A DNA stretch of 36,077 nucleotides from an uncultured Melioribacter sp. GTDB taxonomy: Bacteria > Bacteroidota > Ignavibacteria > Ignavibacteriales > Melioribacteraceae. The notes beneath the pieces are model-generated. The model ran no database searches. It worked only from the letters and a program-made list of their open reading frames with translations, and was not told where the DNA came from. The position numbers and the translations under genes were made by a program. The stretch lies in assembly GCA_964510325.1 (NCBI GenBank), contig CAZEBL010000001.1, positions 1-36,077 of the forward strand, written 5' to 3'. Every line of letters starts with the position of its first letter. Position 1 is the first letter of the stretch. Shown here one piece after another: positions 25,460 to 33,443 of the stretch.

Positions 25460-27694
25460 ATGTATTTTAAAATGCGGTTGTTTCTAATTCTTCTGCTCTT
25501 TATTGGTAACACAATTTCAAACGGACAGGAATTCGGTACATTACGGGGATTGGTTACAGATTCAACTACAAGTGAAGCACTGGCCTATGGAAATGTTTTT
25601 GTAAAAGAATTAAGAATTGGCGCATCAACCGACTCGCGTGGGTACTTTATAATTCCTTCCATTCCAGCCAATAAAAATTTTGTTCTAATTGTCTCGTATG
25701 TAGGGTATCGAACAAAAGAAATCCCAATCAGACTTAGCCCTAGTAAAGTAACCCAATACAATATCGAATTAGTTCCTACAAGTGTTCAACTACAAACAAT
25801 AGAAAAAATTGGAGAGAAAGTAATAGAGAAAAACGAAACGGATATAAGTCTGCAGAGATTAGTAGTTCGAGACCTTGAAGCATTGCCCAAGGGAGTAGAA
25901 ACAGATTTATTCCGTTCTCTTCAATATCTGCCGGGGGTTCAATCAACAGGTGATGTTTCCGCACATTTTTATGTGAGAGGCGGTGCAAGTAATCAGAATC
26001 TTGTTCTGGTTGATGGGATTACACTTTACAATCCGTTCCATGCTCTTGGTTTATTCAGTGTTGTTGATCCGGATATGATTAATAACGCAGAATTTTATAA
26101 AGGTGGTTTCTCTGCTGATCTGGGAGGAAGGTTATCATCAGTTCTGAATATTAATACGAAAGACGGAAATAAAAACAGATTGAGTGCGAAGGGAACATTA
26201 AGTTTTCTAACCGGTAAAGCGCTTGTAGAAGGTCCAATTCCAAATGGTTCTTTTATAATGACCGGAAGAAAAAGTTATTCTAATCAAATAATAAAAAAAT
26301 TTCTTAATGAGCAAAATACACCAATCGATTTTTATGATTTCTCTTTTAAGGCAAATTATTCCAATCCGAATTTTATTGAATGGGCGAAATTTTTAGTTAA
26401 TGGATTTTTTAGCGGCGATAATATTACAAATAAAGATCCACGTGTTGAAGATTTTAATTGGTCTAATAATCTTCTTGGATTCAAATGGTTCCAGGTTGGG
26501 GATAGCCCTCTCTTTTATGAATTAGGATTTTCATTCAGCAATTTTAATGGTGAGGTAATACCAAAATCGAGCAATGTAAGAAACCGAAATAATAAAGTTG
26601 AAGATCTCGGAGTTCAGATGGATTTTACTTATATGTTTGATAATCGGGATGAGATCGGTGTCGGATTTCATATAAAAGAATTAAGAACAGAACTATTTTT
26701 GGAAAATTCTCTTGGTTTACCGATTAACCTGGGCAAGTCCGGCACCAATATAACTTTCTATACTAAATACAAGTTCTTACAATGGGAACAATTAGGTATT
26801 GATGCTGGAATAAGGTATAATCTTTCCAACCTAAACAGAAATCCAAATGCATTTAATATGGAACCACGTTTAAATCTTACTTTCCGTATTAACTCAATTA
26901 TTTCAATAAAAGGGGCATGGGGAATTTATAAACAGGAACTGACAACAATTACAAACGAAAATGAAGTTATAAATATTTTTGAACCATGGTTAATTATTCC
27001 CGATTATCTTCTCCCTTCGAAATCAACTCATTACATCGGTGGAATTAAATTTGATTTTTCAGAAAACTTTGTAGTTGATCTTGAAACCTATTATAAGAAA
27101 ACAAATGATGTCCCTATAATAAACCAGGATAAAACATTTTCCAATCAACCGGATTTTGTTTCTACGAGTAATGAATCCTATGGGGCGGAATTTTTTTCCA
27201 GAATTTCTGTTGGTTCCTTCAGATTTACAACATCATATTCATTTGCTCATTCATACCGTGAATTAAATAACAAACGTTATTATCCTAAATACGATATAAG
27301 ACACAGTTTAAATCTTGTTCTTGAAATTGATTTTGGTAATGATTGGTCTTTTAATACTGCATGGATTTATAATTCAGGATTACCATTTACTCAGATAGTC
27401 GGTTATTACGATAAATATTACTTCGAAAACTTCTTAGGCAACTGGTATGAAAATGATTCGAGACGACCTTACTCAGTCCTCGGAGTTCAGAACCTTGGAA
27501 GACTGCCGCAATACCACCGGCTAGATTTTAATCTTACAAAAAAGCTTAATATAAACGATTACAACTTCACAGTAGATTTCAGCATAATAAATGTTTACAA
27601 CAGAAAAAATATTTTCTATTTCAAAAGAGACAGCGGGGAAAGGGTAAACATGCTGCCAATTTTACCAACATTGACAGTAAAATTTGAAATATGA
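25460..27694 (+). CDS. TonB-dependent receptor-like outer-membrane protein with an N-terminal CarboxypepD_reg-like domain
   Basis: It has a signal peptide. The CarboxypepD_reg block is LRGLVTDSTTSEALAYGNVFV...RGYFIIPSIPANKNFVLIVSYVGYR. A plug-like block follows: LFRSLQYLPGVQSTGDVSAHFYVRGGASNQNLVLVDGITLYNPFH. The remainder is a long beta-rich region. The start could be 25460 or the ATG at 25472. Confidence 0.8.
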   Translation: MYFKMRLFLILLLFIGNTISNGQEFGTLRGLVTDSTTSEALAYGNVFVKELRIGASTDSRGYFIIPSIPANKNFVLIVSYVGYRTKEIPIRLSPSKVTQYNIELVPTSVQLQTIEKIGEKVIEKNETDISLQRLVVRDLEALPKGVETDLFRSLQYLPGVQSTGDVSAHFYVRGGASNQNLVLVDGITLYNPFHALGLFSVVDPDMINNAEFYKGGFSADLGGRLSSVLNINTKDGNKNRLSAKGTLSFLTGKALVEGPIPNGSFIMTGRKSYSNQIIKKFLNEQNTPIDFYDFSFKANYSNPNFIEWAKFLVNGFFSGDNITNKDPRVEDFNWSNNLLGFKWFQVGDSPLFYELGFSFSNFNGEVIPKSSNVRNRNNKVEDLGVQMDFTYMFDNRDEIGVGFHIKELRTELFLENSLGLPINLGKSGTNITFYTKYKFLQWEQLGIDAGIRYNLSNLNRNPNAFNMEPRLNLTFRINSIISIKGAWGIYKQELTTITNENEVINIFEPWLIIPDYLLPSKSTHYIGGIKFDFSENFVVDLETYYKKTNDVPIINQDKTFSNQPDFVSTSNESYGAEFFSRISVGSFRFTTSYSFAHSYRELNNKRYYPKYDIRHSLNLVLEIDFGNDWSFNTAWIYNSGLPFTQIVGYYDKYYFENFLGNWYENDSRRPYSVLGVQNLGRLPQYHRLDFNLTKKLNINDYNFTVDFSIINVYNRKNIFYFKRDSGERVNMLPILPTLTVKFEI

Positions 27695-28659
27695 AAAAAA
27701 TTATAATTACCATATTTATTGTTTTTGCTATTTCCTGTTCGGAGAATTTCGACCCTTACGGAGAATTGAGCGACGGATATGTTTTGAATTGTATTATCAG
27801 GGGTGATACTACTTTTCAAACTGCAACGTTATCCAGAACTTATCTTGTTACGAATAATGATCCTTATTCGAGCACGATAGATCCGGCATTAAGAAATGCT
27901 GTGATTAGAATTTGGAACGGTGACTCGCTTGTTACTATGAAAGATACTGTAGTAACAAGACCATCAACATCTATTTACAAGTATCCTTACTATTTATATT
28001 ATACAAATAAATTTGTCCTTAACCCGGGTAAAGATCTTAAGATTGAGGCACGTCTTGAAAATGGACAAAAATTAAAATCGTCTACAACTCCACCACCTCC
28101 GGTTCAATTTTCTCAGATTGATAAAAATATTCCGTATAAGAATAATGAATCGATCTATTTTGCTTGGAATGCCGGATTGATAAATCAAACATATGTAACG
28201 CGTCTTTCAATCTATTATACAAAAAAAGTAAATGGTGTTGATAAATTTATGACCAAGGAAATTCCATTAAGGTATGAAAAATATGAAAATAACCTTGTGG
28301 CGATTTATCCTACCGTTACAAACAATAATTTCCTTTCAGTTGGAATGGATGCGGTAACGGAAACGATGAAATTAATTTCCGAGGGTGACACCGATAAAAG
28401 CAATTATACGATTATGGCTGCATATTTAGAAGTTATTGCGCTCGATAAAAATCTTAGTGCTTATTTTAATTCGACGGCAAGAAGTCTCGATAATTTTTCA
28501 GTTAAACTGGATGAAACAGATTTTACAAATATTGAGAATGGATTTGGTGTGTTCGGAATTTATCTGCGTAATACTTATCTGGTACCATTTACACCAAATT
28601 ATATTAGGTCGTTCGGTTATAAACCAGGGTTAGGTTTTGCCGACTATCCATTTGATTGA
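27691..28659 (+). CDS. DUF4249-like lipoprotein (usual partner of this TonB-dependent receptor class)
   Basis: Lipoprotein signal: MKKIIITIFIVFAISC (lipobox). The C-terminal NIENGFGVFGIY block is what I recall as characteristic of DUF4249. The start overlaps the receptor stop (ATGA). Confidence 0.6.
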   Translation: MKKIIITIFIVFAISCSENFDPYGELSDGYVLNCIIRGDTTFQTATLSRTYLVTNNDPYSSTIDPALRNAVIRIWNGDSLVTMKDTVVTRPSTSIYKYPYYLYYTNKFVLNPGKDLKIEARLENGQKLKSSTTPPPPVQFSQIDKNIPYKNNESIYFAWNAGLINQTYVTRLSIYYTKKVNGVDKFMTKEIPLRYEKYENNLVAIYPTVTNNNFLSVGMDAVTETMKLISEGDTDKSNYTIMAAYLEVIALDKNLSAYFNSTARSLDNFSVKLDETDFTNIENGFGVFGIYLRNTYLVPFTPNYIRSFGYKPGLGFADYPFD

Positions 28660-28668
28660 CAGGTAATA

Positions 28669-30132
28669 ATGATGATAAACAGATTACAAATATTACTTAT
28701 TGTGATTTCGATTTCAGTTTTAGTATCATGCGATAAGGAGGTTTATACAGGGGTTACTGAAATACCACCGATTGAATCGGAAAAACTTTTCATCTCCAGT
28801 AATCCACCGGGATTCAGGATATATGTTGATGATAAATATATGGGAGTTGTAACACCTGATACTATTAAATGGCTCAAGAGTGGAGCACACAAAATTACTC
28901 TTAAAAATGATCTCTATTTGCACGATACGATTTTTAATGTCAATCTTTCTGAAAAGGTATTAAACAAAGTTGATATAAATGTATTAACCAATCCGAACTT
29001 TTACGGAAAAATATATTGTATGTCCCTTCCATCCGGTGCTACAATTTTCTTAAATAATGTGAATACCGGATTTACAACATCCAAACAGATTAATGGTTTG
29101 ATTCCGGGTTATTATACTATAAAATTTAGAAAAAATTTGTGCAGAGATGATAGTGTAGAATTCTTAATTAAAGGTGGACAGTATCTGGAGATATACAGGC
29201 AATTAGAGGATACTACCAGAAGTGTGAATTACAGAACGACTAATTCTAATATTATATCAAATTCTTTAACAAAGATAATTCTAGACAAAAATAATCATAA
29301 ATGGATCGGTACATTCAACAGAGGTCTAATAAAATTCGATGGTAAAAACTTTACAATATACAATAATGGATTTTTAGGTGATGCACGAATTACCGACTTA
29401 TTAATTGATAGGAGAGATCGGCTCTGGATTGCGTATTCAACCGGACTTGTGTTATTAGACGGTAATAACTGGTTAACACTTACAAGTAATTTACCCTCCA
29501 ATGTAGTAAATTCTTTGGAACAGGATAATAATGGTAATATATGGATTGGTACATACAACGGACTGGTTAAGTATGACGGAATAAATTACCAGGTTTTCAA
29601 CAAATCAAATTCTCCTCTTACAGATAATAATATTCAAGCTCTTACTCTTTTGAAGAATGGAAGTATTGCAATTGGTACATCGAGAGGTGGAATTTTTATT
29701 AAAAATAATAATAACTGGATACATCATAATATTGCTGAGGATTTAGCAGAAGATAAAATTGCCAATAATGTGATCGATATTATTGAATACAATAATGTAT
29801 TGTGGGCATATATACTTGGTGATACTTTTGAAGGTACACGGAGTTCATATATAAAATTTGTTAACGGTGCGTGGGAAAAATATTCTCTTCCGTTACAATT
29901 TGCAGTTGAACCTGTTTCATTCTATATCGATTTATCAAATAACTTATGGATAGCCGGTAAGACCGGGTTGGTAAAATTAAATTCTGCCAATCAAGCTAAA
30001 TTATTTAACACACAGGATTATAGTTTTTATGGAAATTATCATTGCACATCTGTAGTAGTTGATAATTCCGGAGATGTTTACACAACCACTTTAAGCGGGG
30101 GACTGATAAAAATAAAGAAGGGTAATTATTAA
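28669..30132 (+). CDS. Lipoprotein with two PEGA-like domains followed by Reg_prop-type beta-propeller repeats
   Basis: Lipobox: VLVSC. PEGA-like segments: ISSNPPGFRIYVDDKYMGVVTPDTI..GAHKITL and SLPSGATIFLNNVNTGFTT...GYYTIKF. Repeated W(I/A)GT..GL.K(F/Y)DG motifs: KWIGTFNRGLIKFDGKNF, LWIAYSTGLVLLDGNNW, IWIGTYNGLVKYDGINY, LWIAGKTGLVKL. Confidence 0.6.
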   Translation: MMINRLQILLIVISISVLVSCDKEVYTGVTEIPPIESEKLFISSNPPGFRIYVDDKYMGVVTPDTIKWLKSGAHKITLKNDLYLHDTIFNVNLSEKVLNKVDINVLTNPNFYGKIYCMSLPSGATIFLNNVNTGFTTSKQINGLIPGYYTIKFRKNLCRDDSVEFLIKGGQYLEIYRQLEDTTRSVNYRTTNSNIISNSLTKIILDKNNHKWIGTFNRGLIKFDGKNFTIYNNGFLGDARITDLLIDRRDRLWIAYSTGLVLLDGNNWLTLTSNLPSNVVNSLEQDNNGNIWIGTYNGLVKYDGINYQVFNKSNSPLTDNNIQALTLLKNGSIAIGTSRGGIFIKNNNNWIHHNIAEDLAEDKIANNVIDIIEYNNVLWAYILGDTFEGTRSSYIKFVNGAWEKYSLPLQFAVEPVSFYIDLSNNLWIAGKTGLVKLNSANQAKLFNTQDYSFYGNYHCTSVVVDNSGDVYTTTLSGGLIKIKKGNY

Positions 30133-30218
30133 CATTTCTGCAATTAGCGCTACCAATAAACCTAAAAAAAAATCTAATTTTATAATTGCAATAATTTAGC
30201 AGATTATTTAAGTTAGGC

Positions 30219-30236
30219 ATACCAAACGGTCGGTAT
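30219..30236. promoter_or_regulatory. Candidate TetR operator: imperfect 18-bp palindrome abutting the tetR start codon
   Basis: In ATACCAAAC|GGTCGGTAT, 7 of 9 positions are self-complementary. It ends 1 nt before the ATG at 30237. Confidence 0.3.
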
Positions 30237-30839
30237 ATGAGCCAAACTAAAGAATTTATATTAAAAACTGCATTTAGTCTCTTTCTCCAAAAAAATTATA
30301 AAGCGGTTACACTAAAAGAAATTGTTGATAAAACCGGACTTTCTAAAGGAGCATTTTATCATTACTACACAAGTAAAGAAAAACTTTTTTTTGAAGTTGT
30401 TGACGCTTTCTTCTTTAATGCCATGCTTGTTGATTACAATCAGTTCAGAAAAACAAGTCTCAAAGATTTCTATATAGATTACGCAGACCACATACAAAAA
30501 AGTTTCAAGGAATTAAAAGAACATTTCGTAATCGGTAATCCTGAAGCGAATATTAATTTCATTCATATTCTTTTTGATGCTATTGATATTTTCCCCGGAT
30601 TCAGAGACAAACTATTAAAAGTAATGAATGATGAGCTTAATGAATGGACCAAGATGATAAGCATAGCAAGAAAAAACAACGAGTTTACTTCTCCAATGAC
30701 AGATGAGCAAATTGCAAGAATGTTTGTTTATTCAAACGACGGAATTAGTTTAAGACTTTTACTGGAAGGAAGATTAGAATCGATGCATTCAGAAATGATG
30801 ACTCTCTGGAATAATTTTTATGAGGAGATTAAGAATTAA
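30237..30839 (+). CDS. TetR/AcrR-family transcriptional regulator
   Basis: N-terminal HTH: AFSLFLQKNYKAVTLKEIVDKTGLSKGAFYHYYTSKEKLF. It is 200 aa and lies upstream of an efflux operon. Confidence 0.88.
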   Translation: MSQTKEFILKTAFSLFLQKNYKAVTLKEIVDKTGLSKGAFYHYYTSKEKLFFEVVDAFFFNAMLVDYNQFRKTSLKDFYIDYADHIQKSFKELKEHFVIGNPEANINFIHILFDAIDIFPGFRDKLLKVMNDELNEWTKMISIARKNNEFTSPMTDEQIARMFVYSNDGISLRLLLEGRLESMHSEMMTLWNNFYEEIKN

Positions 30840-30961
30840 GAATGATTTTTAATATTAAAAAATTGTTAATGTAGAAACTTTTAATAAGAGGGAAGCGTCT
30901 ATTGAAACGTATTTATAAAGAAATAATATATCAATTAGGAGCAATAGTAGAGGTATAAAAT

Positions 30962-32308
30962 ATGAATTATGGAAAATATCTTAAGGTAATTCCGGTCTGT
31001 GTTATTTTGTTATCGAATGTAATATGTGCCCAGAGTAATAAGAATATAATTTATTTATCATGGAAAAATGTTGTTGATATTTCATTGAAGGATAATCTAT
31101 CACTTCAGTCTAAAAGATTCGATTATGAACTTCAGGATCTGGAAACATGGAAATCTTTATCCTACTTTTTACCATCAATTAATTACCAGGGAATTGTCCA
31201 AAAAAATGTTGAGCTACCTGTATTTGTTTTTATGGGACAAAGATTTGTTGTAGGAACGCCATATAACTTCCAGCATTCACTCAGTTTAACTTTCCCAATT
31301 TTCACGGGTGGAAGCAGATGGTTCAATTACCAGATTCAGAAGAATATTAAAAAATCTTTAAGCGAAGAACTACTAGGTAAAGAAGAAGAAACAGTTCTTA
31401 ACGCTGTTCAATCATATTATGCTATAATACTTTCAAGTGAAATGACAAAGACTGCAGAAGAAGCAGTAAATGTTGCAAAGCAGAATCTTGAACAAGTGGA
31501 AAAATTTTATAAAGCGGGAACTGCAACCGAGCTCGATTTGCAGAGAGCAAAAGCACAATATTCTTCAACATTGCCAATGCTGGAATCGGCATATTCTAAT
31601 AGAAAGCTTGCTTCGCAAAGACTAAAGAGCTTACTTACTATTCCGCTTACCGATTCACTTGTAGTACTTGATGAACTTGATAAGGAGGATTTCCTTAAAG
31701 AATTTAACGGTTATTCACTCGAAAAATTAAAACAACTTTCGAAGGAAAACCGCAGTGATTTGAAAGCACTTAATCTACAACATGAAGCAGTTAAGGATGG
31801 AGAAAAAATTGCACTCGGTCAATTTACTCCTACAGTTGCAGTAGCAGCAAGCGTTGATCATGCGGCGCCGATGAATAGTTCTAAAGTAACATGGTCGGAT
31901 TACATTCGATCTAAATCGATAACGCTATCCATACAATGGCCGCTCTTTGAAGGTGGTAGACGTGTTCTCGATTATCAGATGGCTAAGATTAAAACTGATC
32001 AATTAGGATTAATGATTAAACAGCTCGAATATGGAGCCGACCTGGAAATTGAACAGAGTTACTATTCGTATAATGAAGCTTCGAAAAATTTACAAAGCTT
32101 GAAAGATGCACTAGACCAATTCAAGGAGAGTTTAAGAATATCTAACTTGCTTTATACACAGGGCATGAGCAATCAACTTGATGTACTCAATGCTCAATTA
32201 TTATACACGAAAAGTAAGACCGACTATTTGCAGGGTATTTACAATTATAATGTAAATCAACTCGCATTACTAAAATCGGTTGGATTATTAGATCAAATAT
32301 GGAAATAA
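30962..32308 (+). CDS. TolC-family outer-membrane efflux protein
   Basis: It has a signal peptide and two OEP repeats with coiled-coil heptads (e.g. AEEAVNVAKQNLEQVEKFYKAGTATELDLQRAKAQ and LRISNLLYTQGMSNQLDVLNAQ). It is 448 aa. Confidence 0.85.
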   Translation: MNYGKYLKVIPVCVILLSNVICAQSNKNIIYLSWKNVVDISLKDNLSLQSKRFDYELQDLETWKSLSYFLPSINYQGIVQKNVELPVFVFMGQRFVVGTPYNFQHSLSLTFPIFTGGSRWFNYQIQKNIKKSLSEELLGKEEETVLNAVQSYYAIILSSEMTKTAEEAVNVAKQNLEQVEKFYKAGTATELDLQRAKAQYSSTLPMLESAYSNRKLASQRLKSLLTIPLTDSLVVLDELDKEDFLKEFNGYSLEKLKQLSKENRSDLKALNLQHEAVKDGEKIALGQFTPTVAVAASVDHAAPMNSSKVTWSDYIRSKSITLSIQWPLFEGGRRVLDYQMAKIKTDQLGLMIKQLEYGADLEIEQSYYSYNEASKNLQSLKDALDQFKESLRISNLLYTQGMSNQLDVLNAQLLYTKSKTDYLQGIYNYNVNQLALLKSVGLLDQIWK

Positions 32309-32322
32309 TATCAGAGGCAAAA

Positions 32323-33429
32323 ATGAACAAAAGAATATTAGTTACAATTGTACTGGCGCTTATTTTTATGGTTGCATGTTCACAGAACGAAAGCGAGAAT
32401 TCGGAAAAAGCTGTACCTGTAAAAATTTATAAAGTGAAATCGGAATCAATTTCGCAATACATAAGAACTACCGGTATGGTAAAAGCAGAAGATGATGTAA
32501 TTCTCTTGAGTAAAATTCCGGAAAGGGTAGAAAAAATTTATGTAAGACCTGGTACGAATGTTAAAAAGGATCAAGTTCTTGCAGAGCAAAAAAATGATAT
32601 TTACAAACAGGGGATGGAAATTGCAAACTCGGCGTTAAGAACTGCAGAAGTTCATTTGAGAATGACCCTTCAGGATTTTGAAAGAATGAATAAGCTCTAT
32701 TCGGAAAAAGCGATAAGCCAGCAGCAGTTCGACCAGATAAAATCGGCAAAAGAAACTGCAGAACAGACATTCAATCAGGCAAAGTCAGCTTACGAGCAAG
32801 CAAAGGAGCAATACGATAACAGCTTTATTAAAGCGCCATTCGATGGTATAGTAGCCGCTGTATATGTAGAAGAAAATCAAACAATAAACATGGGGCAGCC
32901 GGTCTTTCAGATTTTATCTCCTTCAAAGATGAAATCAAAAGTTAATTTAACCGGAACAGATGTTCAGAATGTGAAAGTCGGCCAAAAAGTTTCTATCAAC
33001 TTTCCTACAATTACCGGCGAAACATTTAACGGCAGAGTTGAAAAAATAAATAGCTCTATTGATCAGCTCTCCAAATCCCTTGAAGTAGAAATTGTTCTAT
33101 TATCATCAGATAGCAGAATTAAATCGGGATTATTCGGTGAATTTCTAATTGAGACTAAAAAAGTAAACGAGTGTATTGTAGTACCAGAAAATGCACTTAT
33201 GCCACAGACTGAAATAAAGATTGATAAGGAAACCGGGTTGCAGAATATATTTAAGAAATTTTATCTCTTTGTTATTGAAAATGGTAAAGCAAAATTAAAA
33301 GAAGTTAAAACAGGTATTGCAAACAACGGTCAGATTGAAATTACATCGGGAATAAATCTGGGCGATTCAATTATTGTAGTTGGTCAGAATATTGTTAAGC
33401 AGGATCAAAAAGTAAATGTAATTGAATAA
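32323..33429 (+). CDS. RND efflux periplasmic adaptor (membrane-fusion protein), lipoprotein
   Basis: MNKRILVTIVLALIFMVAC (lipobox) after an AGAGG RBS. The ORF-track start at 32299 is an alternative. Other elements: a biotinyl-lipoyl-like beta-hairpin (GTNVKKDQVLAE), a coiled-coil hairpin, and IKAPFDGIVAAVYV. Confidence 0.85.
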   Translation: MNKRILVTIVLALIFMVACSQNESENSEKAVPVKIYKVKSESISQYIRTTGMVKAEDDVILLSKIPERVEKIYVRPGTNVKKDQVLAEQKNDIYKQGMEIANSALRTAEVHLRMTLQDFERMNKLYSEKAISQQQFDQIKSAKETAEQTFNQAKSAYEQAKEQYDNSFIKAPFDGIVAAVYVEENQTINMGQPVFQILSPSKMKSKVNLTGTDVQNVKVGQKVSINFPTITGETFNGRVEKINSSIDQLSKSLEVEIVLLSSDSRIKSGLFGEFLIETKKVNECIVVPENALMPQTEIKIDKETGLQNIFKKFYLFVIENGKAKLKEVKTGIANNGQIEITSGINLGDSIIVVGQNIVKQDQKVNVIE

Positions 33430-33443
33430 GGAAATTTCAGAAA

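Noticed and set aside
30846-30861. Perfect 16-bp palindrome TTTTTAATATTAAAAA between tetR and tolC as an operator.
   Set aside because: It is composed only of A/T in an AT-rich spacer, so it is likely to arise by chance. It bears no resemblance to the palindrome at the tetR start.
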